In this document: piece by piece, positions 19,998 through 30,627 of the stretch
How the letters are laid out: each line of letters opens with the position of its first letter
Numbering within the stretch: position 1 is the stretch's first letter
From: Candidatus Latescibacterota bacterium
Lineage (GTDB): Bacteria; Latescibacterota; UBA2968; UBA8231
Length of the DNA stretch: 64,000 bases
Assembly (NCBI GenBank): GCA_965217585.1
Contig: OZ244561.1
Span: forward strand, 3,328,001 to 3,392,000
Reading direction: 5' to 3'
Notes under the pieces: model-generated
Seen by the model: only the letters and a program-made list of their open reading frames with translations
Told to the model about the DNA's origin: nothing
Database searches by the model: none
Position numbers and translations under genes: made by a program

Positions 19998-22008
19998 ATG
20001 TCCACAATCGAACAAAGTCTTGAATTACTCACCTTGAAGAAGGTTTTCGCTGAGGGGGAAAGGTCATTTATAATTCCTGACTATCAACGCGGATACTCTT
20101 GGGAGCAGGACCAACGCAAGGACTTACTCAAGGATATAGAATATGGAATGAGCGGTGACTACAGCCACTATACTGGCACATTGGTTGCAGTCAAAAAATG
20201 CTCAATCCGAGATAATGATCGCTTCGAAATAGTAGATGGCCAACAGCGACTGACAACTCTGATAATCCTCTTGTCCTGCATCGCTCATGCCTTTAAACGA
20301 ATGAACACTGCGGTACCAGAGGATTTGAGGCGTTGCTTTATTGAAGAAGGGAGCGAGCGAGGATCAACCCTTCGCAATTCACCTTATCAGATGATCAGGA
20401 TTCCCTTTTCTGGCAGAAGGTCAACGAGCCCGACGCCAGTGGAACAGTTGAAAACAAGGGGGATCAAAACATTGTTGACGCATTTGACCAGTTTAAGAGA
20501 TGGTTAGAACTTGAAAATGAAACATCCCTTTATGAAATCTATGAATATGTTACGAGTAGCCTCGGATTCCTAATGTATGCCCCTGATGACACTAAAGAAA
20601 TAGGCATCATGTTCGAAGTTATCAATAACCGAGGTAAACCACTGAGTGAATTGGAAAAAGTTAAAAACCATCTTATGTATTATTCGGAAAAGAATGACAT
20701 TCAGGATTTAAAAACGGTCGTGAAGGACAAGTGGTCAAATATATTATTGAGGACTGCATAGCTAAAGGAATACGGTCTGGGACGAAGCAAGAGTGAGACG
20801 CCATTCCATTAGAAATGCAGAGATCAATAAGACACCTTAATGGCTGTAATCACACATCCAACGATGACGAAAATGGATTCCTCCGCAACTGCTGGATCGT
20901 ATTTCAGGACACTAATAAAAGCAAAAGCTTCTATGTATATGATAACCTGAAAGACCAGTTCCCCACCATCGAGGTCAACAATTGGGAGCGTCTCAGGGAG
21001 TTCGTCGCATTCCTCGAAGAATCAGCGCATACTTATCGGAAGCTTTATACAAGAGAAGATGTAACACATCAAGAAGAAAATGAATGCCTGACTCGTCTTG
21101 GAAATCAACCTGTATTGGCATCAGTGTTACCATTGATTCTTGTAATACTTAACCGCGAGACTGAAACCTCTACTAGAGTGACTTTATTGCAACTGATTGA
21201 AAAACTCAACTTTCGATTCTATGGGACAGGCATTGCCTCCCGGACTGATTCCGGACAGGGGGAACTTTTTGATTTGGCTCACAATTTCTATAACCATCAC
21301 TCAAAAACTCGTGAAGATGGTGTATTGGTCAATGCATCATGGCTTGAAGAAAATTTACGCAAATTTGTGGCAGATAATGCCAATGATCAAAAACTGATCA
21401 AACATCTGACATTGGATAAAGATGAATCAGGAGACTACTATTCTTGGTCATGGCTGAAATATTTTCTAGCAAGTTATGAGGGGCAATTGGAACGCAATGT
21501 GAAGCGTTCTGAAACATTAGGGAGAAAACTGGCTAAGAGAGACCCCCAAAATCCCAATGACTTTTATCATCTAGAACACATTTGGGCGGTTGGCGATTAT
21601 GAAAAAATTGATGATACATATAATCGTGACATAAATAAAAGGCGTCTTGGAAATTTTATATTGCTCAGAGAATCTCGAAACATAAGTATTTCAAACAAAC
21701 CACCTGAGGAAAAAGTTGAGGAATACCTTGAAAATTTAAAAGACACTCCAGATACATTGATGATTCGAGAATTGAAAGATTTATTCGATAAAGCGAGAGA
21801 AGAGATAGACAACAGACGAAGGAATAAGACATGGAGATATTGGTACGAAGTCTATGAAAGATTTCTCGATCTACACGAGGGAAAATACGTGAATTTTGCG
21901 CTAGATAGATGGCGGGTTGACGGTATTATTAAACCAGTGAAAGAGGTTGCTCTTAACAGTCTCTCAGACAGAAATGAAATTTATGAACTGAAATACGAAA
22001 ATATCTAG
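19998..22008 (+). pseudogene. GmrSD-like DUF262-DUF1524 restriction protein, split by a 1-bp frameshift (~20375) and an 81-bp insertion
   Basis: IPDYQRGYSW, VDGQQRLTT, FEVINNRGKPL, LEHIW, LGNFILL...N; AT-rich; the three ORFs join into one when both lesions are removed. Confidence 0.88.
20747..20827. mobile_element. 81-bp MITE-like element with TA target duplication
   Basis: Imperfect terminal IR (TTGAGGACTGCATAGCTAAAGGAAT / ATTCCATTAGAAATGCAGAGATCAA), TA on both sides; excision restores NILRHL in frame. Confidence 0.8.
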
Positions 22009-22226
22009 GATTGACCCTGATAGGTGCCGACGGGTAACCAAGCTGTACTGGGAGCTTTGTCGAAGAATCTGCAAACGATCTTCTCGGCTAACCTTTGCCT
22101 GTGCTTAGTGTCTTGACAAAGAACCTCAAAAGGATCCTTATTTTATCTATACTTTCGGTTGCGACGCCAGCGCTAGACAGGCGACTTGGTTAAGCAGCCC
22201 GCAACCAATAATAGTTAGGGGAGAGC

Positions 22227-25200
22227 GTGGCGGTTAAGGCCATCTTCGTCGGCATCAATCAACACCAGCATGCCGAGATTCCGGAGCTGAACGGTGCCCG
22301 GCGTGACGCGACGGCGTTGTGGGCATTGTTTACTGATACTATTGAAGAATTAGCGGCGAGACTGCTGGTTGATGAAGATGCGACCTATGTCGGGGTCTCG
22401 GACGCCATTCTTGGGATCCTGTCAACAGCGGAACACGATGACGTAATCGTTATCAGTTTCGCAGGTCATGGCTCACCAGACGGCAGTCTGGTGCTGTTCG
22501 ATACCGATGTGGCCGATCTCTCGGGCACAGCCCTGCCGATGGCAAAGTTGGCCGACGCGTTTAAGGCGACCAAAGCCCGTGCGGTTCTATGCATTCTTGA
22601 TTGCTGTTTCAGTGGCCAGGCCCCGGCACGTGTGCTTGAAACCGCATCAGTTCCGCGAAACGCCCTTGCGCTCGCGGACATCTACGGGGAGGGACGCATT
22701 CTGCTCGCGGCATGCGCCCCCAGTGAATCAGCGTGGGAACAGCCAGGCACCGGCCATGGGCTACTCACCTATGCCGCAATAGAAGCCCTAACCAAGGCTG
22801 AGGGAGAGTCGGTGAGCTTTCCCGAGATCGCCGGCGAGATCATCCAGTTGACACGCACCGAGGCGGATCGGATCGGTGTGACCCAAACGCCGGTCTTCTT
22901 GGGAAGCGTGCAAGGCGGCCTGACCTTTCCCGTGCTCAAGCGCGGCGACAACTTCGCTGCGGCGTTTCCCGCGGTCGCGATCCACAAGATGACGGGAACA
23001 TTTGCGGAGTTCGCAAACCACGGGCTTCCCCCGGAAATCGTCGAGCAGTGGACGGCAAATTTTCCGCAGGGGCTCAACGAACTGCAACTCACAGCGGTCA
23101 ACGAGCACGGAGTACTCGAAGGCAAGTCATTGCTCGTCGTCGCACCGACAAGCTCAGGCAAGACGTTGATCGGCGAGTTGGCCGCGGTCCAGGCGGTCAC
23201 GGCCGGAAAGAAAGCGGCTTTCCTCTTGCCGTACCGCGCGTTAGTCAACGAGAAGTTCGATGATTTTAGCCAGCGTTACGGCCCGGCAGGGGTGAGGGTT
23301 GCCCGGTGCAGCGGCGACGCGACGGATGGTATCGGTCCGGTGCTATGCGGTCGCTACGATCTCGGCTTCTTCACATACGAGACCTTCCTCAACTTAGCGC
23401 TCGGCTCGCCACGCCTGCTGAACCAATTGGGCTTGGTGGTGCTCGACGAGGGGCAATTCATCACCGATCCGCATCGCGGAATCACCGTGGAGCTTATCCT
23501 CGCGCTGCTGCTAAGGGCGCGCCAGCAGGGTATCCAACCCCAACTCATGGTGTTATCAGCCGTCATCGGCAACCTCAACAACTTTGATCACTGGCTCGCC
23601 TTGCCAGTGCTGAGGTCGCACAAGCGGCCCGTACCGTTGATCGAAGGCGTGCTGGATCGCTGGGGCAAGTTCCAATTTGTCGATGTGGACGGCGCGACGA
23701 AGACGGAGGAGTTGCTGCCGACACACCAAATCGTGCAACGCCGAGACGAGCCGAGTTCGCAGGACGTGATCGTGCCGTTGGCGAAGCACTTGGTCGCGAA
23801 TGGAGAGAAGTTGCTAATCTTCCGCAACATGCGGGGCACCACCCAGGGGTGCGCCCGGTATTTGTCAAAAGAGCTGGGGCTCGGTCCCGCTACCGTAGTT
23901 ATCGACGATCTACCGAACCAGGATTTGACGGGAGCCTCGCAAAACTTACGCGAGTGCCTGCTCGGCGGAACGGCGTTTCACAACACGAATCTCTTGCGCG
24001 CTGAGCGTGAAGCGATTGAAAAGGGCTTCCGCAACTCTGCTGGTGGGATTCACGCCTTGGCCGCCACCACGACCTTGGCTGCCGGCATCAATACGCCTTC
24101 ATCCACCGTAGTCCTCGCGGAAAACGAGTTCGTGGGGGAGGACGGGCGTCCCTTCACTATCGCAGAGTACAAGAACATGGCCGGACGTGCCGGGCGCCTT
24201 GGCTACAACGAAATCGGCAAGGCCATTATCCTCGCCGATACGCCGTTCGAGCGAGCCCAGCTTTTCCACAAATATGTGTTGGGAACGCCAGAACCTGTCG
24301 CCTCATCGTTCCAGCAGAGCGATCTTCCGACCTGGACACTACGTCTGCTGAGCCAGGTGCGTCGCGTGCAGACTAGCGAAATTCCTAGCCTCTTAGTTAA
24401 CACGTTCGGTGGATACTCGGCCTCTCGGTCCAATCCCCAGTGGGTCCGGTTGGTAAAGGCCGAGGTGTCGGCGTTCGTCGCGCGGCTACTGAAGGCCGGA
24501 CTGGCGGAGCAAGAGGGCGACCTCATCTATTTGACCTTGCTCGGGCGGGCCTGCGGGTCTTCGTCGCTATCGTTCGAGTCGAGCCTGCGGCTGATCGAGC
24601 TAATGAAGGAATTGAACGCCGCACAAGCTCCTCCTGTTCACATGCTTGGATTCATCCAGGTTCTCGACGAGATGGACGCTATCTATACACCTGTGATGAA
24701 GAGGGGCCAGTCCGAGAGCGTTCGCGCGAGCGATGTGGCGCAGCGCTTCGGCCATCAAATGACTCAGATACTACAGCGTTACTGTCGGGATTACTTCGAG
24801 TACTATTCGCGATGCAAACGCGCGTCGCTTCTGTATGACTGGATTAAGGGTACGCCTGTCGAAGTCATTGAGAAGCAATTCTCAACAACGCCTTTCCAGG
24901 GAGCGATTGGCTACGGCAACATCATTGGCATTGCTGATGGTGCACGATTTCACCTTCGCTCCGCGCATCAGATCCTTTCGACCTTGTTCCCGGAAGAACA
25001 GGAGTTTCTTGCGGCGGTGGACGAATTACTGCTGCGACTTGAATTCGGATTACCTGTGGCCGCGATTCCCCTTACCGCCCTGCCCTTGGCATTAAGCAGG
25101 GGACAATACTTGGCCCTCTTTGCGGCAGGCTGCTCGACAGCCGATGAGGTGAACGAGCTTGAGATGGACACGCTCACCGAATGCGTCGGTGCAAATGTCG

Positions 25201-25232
25201 CGTCCTTACTTCGACCGGAGCAGCAAGATTAG
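22227..25232 (+). CDS. Caspase-like (C14) peptidase fused to Ski2-like SF2 helicase
   Basis: FVGIN, FAGHG, ILDCCFSG (His/Cys dyad); APTSSGKT, LDEGQ, SAVI, ATTTLAAGINTP, NMAGRAGR. Confidence 0.9.
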   Translation: MAVKAIFVGINQHQHAEIPELNGARRDATALWALFTDTIEELAARLLVDEDATYVGVSDAILGILSTAEHDDVIVISFAGHGSPDGSLVLFDTDVADLSGTALPMAKLADAFKATKARAVLCILDCCFSGQAPARVLETASVPRNALALADIYGEGRILLAACAPSESAWEQPGTGHGLLTYAAIEALTKAEGESVSFPEIAGEIIQLTRTEADRIGVTQTPVFLGSVQGGLTFPVLKRGDNFAAAFPAVAIHKMTGTFAEFANHGLPPEIVEQWTANFPQGLNELQLTAVNEHGVLEGKSLLVVAPTSSGKTLIGELAAVQAVTAGKKAAFLLPYRALVNEKFDDFSQRYGPAGVRVARCSGDATDGIGPVLCGRYDLGFFTYETFLNLALGSPRLLNQLGLVVLDEGQFITDPHRGITVELILALLLRARQQGIQPQLMVLSAVIGNLNNFDHWLALPVLRSHKRPVPLIEGVLDRWGKFQFVDVDGATKTEELLPTHQIVQRRDEPSSQDVIVPLAKHLVANGEKLLIFRNMRGTTQGCARYLSKELGLGPATVVIDDLPNQDLTGASQNLRECLLGGTAFHNTNLLRAEREAIEKGFRNSAGGIHALAATTTLAAGINTPSSTVVLAENEFVGEDGRPFTIAEYKNMAGRAGRLGYNEIGKAIILADTPFERAQLFHKYVLGTPEPVASSFQQSDLPTWTLRLLSQVRRVQTSEIPSLLVNTFGGYSASRSNPQWVRLVKAEVSAFVARLLKAGLAEQEGDLIYLTLLGRACGSSSLSFESSLRLIELMKELNAAQAPPVHMLGFIQVLDEMDAIYTPVMKRGQSESVRASDVAQRFGHQMTQILQRYCRDYFEYYSRCKRASLLYDWIKGTPVEVIEKQFSTTPFQGAIGYGNIIGIADGARFHLRSAHQILSTLFPEEQEFLAAVDELLLRLEFGLPVAAIPLTALPLALSRGQYLALFAAGCSTADEVNELEMDTLTECVGANVASLLRPEQQD

Positions 25233-25406
25233 GATGCTCATGAGTCCTTGACTCAGGCACGCCTCCTTTGCGCAAGCCCCGGCACCGCCGGGAGGAGAAA
25301 CGAACCCGTGACTCCGCCATGGTTTTATCTTCTTCCACGGCGCTGAGCGGACCGACGGCGATCTGGATAGGGTCAGATGCCGGTCCGCCCCTATCTATCA
25401 GACTAA

Positions 25407-26275
25407 GAAGCTGTTGAGTTATTCAGATGCATTTAGCGACCGTACTCTTTATCATGGCAATACGAATCATGTTCTCTGCGGATTGGGTGAGGATTTCGAA
25501 GTCTTTCGCCAAGCGTCGAAATCCACCCAACCAAGCCAAGGTTCGTTCGATGATCCAGCGTTTGGGCACCACTTGGAACCCTTGGGTTGGTTTATCCGCT
25601 ATATCGAGTCGCAACCCCAACAGGTTTTCAACGAATTCAACGGTGGTACCGCGATAGCCTTGGTCGCCGCAGAAGGCTTCGACCGAATCATACTTTTCCG
25701 CGACCCGATCACATACGTCCCATCCTTGGCTGGTATCGGCCACATGGGCGGCATGTACTTGGATGGTCAGCATATTACCCAGCGTATCGGTGGCGAGGTG
25801 GCGTTTACGTCCTTTGATCTTTTTTCCCCCCATCCACGCCTCGATCCTGACTGGCATATTGGGTTTTAACCGATTGCGAATCGATCAAGGCATAGGTCGG
25901 ATGTTCGTTTTTGCCCTGCTTGTGACGGGCGCGCTCATTCAGCGCGTCCAAGGCTTGTTCCCACACGCCACGCTGATTCCAGCGTCGGTAATGGTCATAG
26001 ACGGTATCCCAAGGGGAAAATCAAGCGGCAGCATCCGCCACGGAATACCCCCTTTGACGACATATAAAATGGCATTGACCACCTCGCGTTTGGCATACTT
26101 GCCGGGGTTGCCCCGGGGATCAGGACGGTCGAAAAACCCCGCGATCAGGGCCCATTCTGGATCAGTCAAGTCACTTGGATACCCGCCCATACTAAAAGCC
26201 TCCCTGCGCAAAAAAGACAGCAAGCAATACATTATACATACAATACATACAGAGCTTTTTTAACTCAACAGCTTC
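25407..26275 (-). mobile_element. IS5-family (IS1031-like) IS
   Basis: Perfect 15-bp IR GAAGCTGTTGAGTTA/TAACTCAACAGCTTC flanked by TAA on both sides. Confidence 0.92.
25423..26190 (-). pseudogene. IS5-family transposase with frameshifts
   Basis: YPSDLTD.EW, WRMLPLDFP, GKKIKGRKRH, KRWIIERT; shifts at a C run (~26012) and at a G6A5 slippery site (~25820). Confidence 0.85.
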
Positions 26276-26432
26276 TAATGATTGTGGAAGCCTGTATTTA
26301 TTCGCTCTGAAGTAGTTCCAGGGGCGAGAGCAGGAGATGGTTCGTCCCATCCGACCATGCGCTTTCGGCGCATAAAAAAGCGCCCGATGCTAGTGAGACA
26401 TCTGACGCTTTGCAGGGGGCGAAGGGTGGGGC

Positions 26433-26650
26433 CTACTTGAGGTAGAGCAGGCGCTGGGTCTGCACGCCGCCCGGATAGTGCCGGCGCACCAGATACACCC
26501 CCGCCGCCACAGTCGCGCCGCGCCGATCTCGGGCGTCCCAGGGCACCTGATAGGAGCCGGCAGCTTGGAATTGATCGACCAGCGTGAGCATAGGTTGTCC
26601 CAGGGGGTTGTAAATCTCCAGTCGCACCGCGCCGGGCGTCGAAAGCGGCG
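26433..26650 (-). pseudogene. Orphan 3' fragment of an FlgD-Ig/T9SS-like domain gene
   Basis: VRLEIYNPLGQ...WDARD...AAGVYL...QRLLYLK*, lacking the NPFN start and any upstream gene body. Confidence 0.75.
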
Positions 26651-26685
26651 AGTTACGGATTGTCTTTGCTAAACAGAACGCAGTC

Positions 26686-27852
26686 TCACCAACTCGATGC
26701 GTCTCCGTGTAGCTTGTCGGGCAGTCGGTAACTGATCCTGTCTTCATCGAGCTCAGATATGTCGAGCAGAGTCATGAAGTTTTTGGTCCGCTGCCTTGGT
26801 CCCCCCGGCCGAAGGGCGTCAAGGACCTCTTGGATTCTGCGCTTCATCCGCAAATACGCCAGCATCCCAACCGTCCGATTTTTGGGGAACTTGAGTTGGT
26901 CGGCGAGCTCGTCTCCGATCAACGCGCGCGAAAGGCGGTACCCATAGTGAACCAAGTCCTTGCGCTCGTCTCTGCCTTCAACGCCGATCACTGAGGGAGC
27001 TAAGTTAATCACCGAGTTTGCCATGGTAATGCTTGCCAGATCGGGGGTCGGCTCGCAGGTGTAGCCCACGCGAAATAGCTCGCGGGCTTCGGTCTCATCG
27101 CGGAACAGTAGGGCGTCGGGCACTCCTATCAGCCAAGCGGTGTAGCGCCAGATTTGCATGAAACTGGCGCGCTCTTCATCGTTCAGACGTGCTCCGATTC
27201 TCCCGGCTGCCCACAGCATCATTCCAGAGAAGTTACAGGACGCGAGCGCAATGTGGGCGGCACTCAGCGGCATTCCGTGCGCTTCTTGGTCCCAGTCTTC
27301 AGAAGCGAGAAGGTGCTGCCTGACCCGCGCATGTACCAGCCGCAGGCGGACGGACAGTTTCCAGCCCTCGCCATACCGCTCTAGGCCGCCTGGCAACATA
27401 ATCTCTAAGAGATGCCGGATATTCTGCCGCAGCCGCCGCACACCTCGATCAGTCAGCCTCTCTGTGACGAAAAACGATTGGCTGATTAGTGTCGTGAAAC
27501 CCCGGATGATAACATCGGTGACAAACGCGGTAAGAAATATATCCGAATAGGCGTGGAAGCCGCGGCATCCGGGATATACTGACTTCGGATCGAACCACTC
27601 AGGTTGAGTTCCGATCCGATCGAAGAACTCCCGAACTACCTGCGGTGCAGTACGCAATGCCTCCTCATCCTGATCCATCCCAGCCCTGATGAACTCGCCC
27701 TGCTGCTCTTGGTCGGCGGTAGCTAGTTCATTGACTAGGGCATCGGCTTCGGGATCGCCGATGAGTGTGTGCTTGATGTACTTATCAGCAAGCTCAGGGT
27801 TGGACGCGCGGGCCTTTTCGTATCCGGGCTGATATGCAATAGGTATTTGCAT
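26686..27852 (-). CDS. Oxygenase MpaB/DUF2236 (Lcp-like) family protein
   Basis: GDPEADALV, PEWFD, VRLRLVHARVR, WRYTAWLIGVP. Confidence 0.8.
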   Translation of the reverse strand: MQIPIAYQPGYEKARASNPELADKYIKHTLIGDPEADALVNELATADQEQQGEFIRAGMDQDEEALRTAPQVVREFFDRIGTQPEWFDPKSVYPGCRGFHAYSDIFLTAFVTDVIIRGFTTLISQSFFVTERLTDRGVRRLRQNIRHLLEIMLPGGLERYGEGWKLSVRLRLVHARVRQHLLASEDWDQEAHGMPLSAAHIALASCNFSGMMLWAAGRIGARLNDEERASFMQIWRYTAWLIGVPDALLFRDETEARELFRVGYTCEPTPDLASITMANSVINLAPSVIGVEGRDERKDLVHYGYRLSRALIGDELADQLKFPKNRTVGMLAYLRMKRRIQEVLDALRPGGPRQRTKNFMTLLDISELDEDRISYRLPDKLHGDASSW

Positions 27853-27884
27853 TGACGGTTGGGCTGGGGCTGGCACGCAAAACA

Positions 27885-27915
27885 AGGGCCGTCCAAGCTG
27901 GTCTTGGACGGCCCT
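27885..27915 (-). terminator. Intrinsic terminator after the surface-protein gene
   Basis: 13-bp stem AGGGCCGTCCAAG/CTTGGACGGCCCT followed by TGTTTT on the minus strand. Confidence 0.7.
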
Positions 27916-27972
27916 GTGTAGTATTGCACCGGGCCACCGTAGGGAACGACGGTGCTTATTCTCTACTCATTA

Positions 27973-30627
27973 CTATCTCAGCAACAACATCCGCCGCACC
28001 TGCATCCCCTGCGGGCTGGACAGCCGAGACAAGTACACCCCGCTGGCCAATGCGGCCCCATTGTCGCTGCGTCCATCCCAGACGGTCTGGTAGCGACCCA
28101 CCTCCTGTACACCCTGCACCAGGGTGCGGATACGCTGCCCCCCGACATTGTAGATGGCCAATTCCACCGGCCCGGCCTCGGGTAGGGTATAGGCGATCTG
28201 GGTTTCGGAGTTGAAGGGATTCGGATAGTTCGCGTCCAGCCCGAAGGCCACCGGCTTGGACGCTGCACCGGTCACTGTCGCCGACAGACTGTTCGACAGG
28301 GCTTTGCCGCCCTTGGTGCAGACGGCACTGTCTGTCTCGCAATCGGTCGTTGGCGACAGCGCGATAGATATGTTTGCATTCGATGATGGCTTCACGGTGA
28401 TTTCCCAACTCATGTTGCTGGGCCTGTTTAGCCGCCGCGCCCTCTTCACGGTGCCCCCGGATACCTCCAGCACATCGTCGCGCACGTTCACATAGCTGAT
28501 CACGATCTCCTCACTGAAATGCAACTCAAAGGTGAACCGGCTTCCATCGTGCGTTGTGGGCATATTCTTAAAGCTCGCCGTCAGCGGCACTGCGTCTGCG
28601 TCGCTGATCGTGACCGCTTCCGTACCGATCGTTGCCCCGCCGTGCGTGGCCGCAACCGCGATCGTCTCGTCGCCTTCCTCGTCGGTATCAACCAACGCCG
28701 TCACCGTCGCCGATACCGAACTCTTTCTTGCGCGCAGTGTCAGCGACTCGGGCGACACCGTGAAGTCCGTGCCCTTTGTCGCCGCGCTCCCGGCGAAGTC
28801 GAGCGCGATCACCTGGTCCTCCGCGAAGGTGACGCCGTTGCTGATCTCGACCCGCACCGTCGTGGACTCGCCTTCTGCGACCTCGGCAGGATCCACCGAC
28901 AGCGCGAACTCCGCAACGTCGTTGTCCTCCATAACCACCTCTGCCGAGGCCGCCGCCGCCGACACCCTATAGCCTTCGCCATCCACCAGCGTTACAGTGA
29001 TGGTCAGGTCATCCCGCACCACCTGATCGTCATATTTCCTGAGGGTGGGCGTCTTGTTTCTCTTGCCGGCCTGGAACAGCACGGGAAGCTTCTGGACCGT
29101 TGAACGGTCGCTCAACGCCCAATTCGTCTGCACGGTCACTGCCTTTGTCGTCGGCCCCGTGCGCGACATCCTGAACTTTGCCGGCTCTCCTTCGGACACG
29201 GGACTCGCCACCGCAACGATCGAAACCACCGGAAGCTCGGAAATCGTCGCTGTCGCTGCGCTGGTCAATGTCTCTTGGTTGCCCGCGTCGTCGGTGAAGC
29301 TGACGCGGACCTTGATAGTTTTACCTGCATCGGCTTCTACAAGTGTGTAGGCCGCGTCGGTCGCGCCGGATATATTCGCGTCACTGGTTCCGTCGTTGGC
29401 AATCCACTGGTAGCTGAAGCTGGCGTTGTTCAGCCCGTCCTCGTCGGCAATGTTCGATACCGATGCCGTCAGCGTCTGTCCCACCTGTGTCGTACCACTG
29501 ATAGTGGGTGTGCCCGTCGCCGGGGTGTTGGGCTTGGGCTTCGTGATGTTGATAGCTACGTCCAACAGCGCACCTGTTGATGTGCCATTTGACGCATGTA
29601 TCGTCACCCGGTACACGTTGTCTCCGTTTGAGTCTGCCGGATTCTCGTAGTCGGGTGGCGTCTTAAAGGTGAGCACGCCGTCGCGGCTGATGGAAAAGTC
29701 GCGTTTGTCGTCTCCCAATAGTGTCCAAGTGACAGTGGTGCCTCCCGCGTCGGCTACCGAGTAGGTGGTCACCGCAGAGGTGCCGTCCTCCGCGTAGTTG
29801 ATCGAGGTGTTTCCAGACACTACGAGGGGAGGATCCTGGTCGTCCACGACTACTTTGATAAACGTCCAGTTAGCTTTGTTAGCGCCGACGATTTGATGCA
29901 ATACTGCCGCCCAGGCATCGATAGCGTCATTGTCGTCATAAGTGGATATCGTCACTGTTTGGGGGGCATCATAGTTGTCCGGAGTGAACGTCAATTGGGC
30001 GGGTGTCACCTGCACAATGGCATAGGGCATTACTTTTACCGTCACATTCTCCGACGGTTGCGAGGCAAGTTTAACGGTGTACGTTCCGCTGCTGCCTTCT
30101 GGTATCGTGATCTCACCTGGGGTCAATACCGCTCCATCAACTAAATTGGAGCCAGGAGACCCAGCGTTGTTCTGCACCGTCTGGGAGGAGAAGTAAGGAA
30201 CGGCGTTCCCGGCAGCGTCAACGAGAAGGCCGCCTGCGTTTCTGACGAATATGTTGTTGTAGGCGACTCGGACCTCATCTCCGGGCCCTGCATAATATGC
30301 CATCTGTAGCGTGAGGTCGGTGCCGGAAAGTGAGGCCCATTCGTGAGTATAGATCACACGCCCGTTGATGGACACATCGAAGGCCGCTCTCAAGAAGAGC
30401 TGAAGGGGAGCGCCAGACCATTCCTTGACGTATCTCACCAGTGGACTAATGAAGATCTCTTCGCTGAAAGTAATAGTGACATAACCACCGTCGGTACTTG
30501 CGCTCACAAATACTGGGCTAACAGTGTCGGCTTCTTGGCTAGTGACATCGGCCGGCCAAGCCGACAGCAGCAGGACGGCGCACAGGGCCAGTCCGAGTGG
30601 CGGGTAGCGATTTGCGGGTGTGTTCAT
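27973..30627 (-). CDS. Secreted multi-Ig surface protein (cadherin-like and Calx-beta-like modules, FlgD-Ig C-terminus)
   Basis: Signal peptide; PDYENPADSNGDNVY; NTPATGTPTISGT..VGQTLT; DTDEEGDETI; NYPNPFNSET...WDGR...SGVY. Confidence 0.82.
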   Translation of the reverse strand: MNTPANRYPPLGLALCAVLLLSAWPADVTSQEADTVSPVFVSASTDGGYVTITFSEEIFISPLVRYVKEWSGAPLQLFLRAAFDVSINGRVIYTHEWASLSGTDLTLQMAYYAGPGDEVRVAYNNIFVRNAGGLLVDAAGNAVPYFSSQTVQNNAGSPGSNLVDGAVLTPGEITIPEGSSGTYTVKLASQPSENVTVKVMPYAIVQVTPAQLTFTPDNYDAPQTVTISTYDDNDAIDAWAAVLHQIVGANKANWTFIKVVVDDQDPPLVVSGNTSINYAEDGTSAVTTYSVADAGGTTVTWTLLGDDKRDFSISRDGVLTFKTPPDYENPADSNGDNVYRVTIHASNGTSTGALLDVAINITKPKPNTPATGTPTISGTTQVGQTLTASVSNIADEDGLNNASFSYQWIANDGTSDANISGATDAAYTLVEADAGKTIKVRVSFTDDAGNQETLTSAATATISELPVVSIVAVASPVSEGEPAKFRMSRTGPTTKAVTVQTNWALSDRSTVQKLPVLFQAGKRNKTPTLRKYDDQVVRDDLTITVTLVDGEGYRVSAAAASAEVVMEDNDVAEFALSVDPAEVAEGESTTVRVEISNGVTFAEDQVIALDFAGSAATKGTDFTVSPESLTLRARKSSVSATVTALVDTDEEGDETIAVAATHGGATIGTEAVTISDADAVPLTASFKNMPTTHDGSRFTFELHFSEEIVISYVNVRDDVLEVSGGTVKRARRLNRPSNMSWEITVKPSSNANISIALSPTTDCETDSAVCTKGGKALSNSLSATVTGAASKPVAFGLDANYPNPFNSETQIAYTLPEAGPVELAIYNVGGQRIRTLVQGVQEVGRYQTVWDGRSDNGAALASGVYLSRLSSPQGMQVRRMLLLR

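Noticed and set aside
20370-26015. Biological meaning for the 1-bp frameshifts at ~20375 and ~26012
   Set aside because: Both are single-base losses in short homopolymers and may be sequencing errors; this cannot be resolved without reads.
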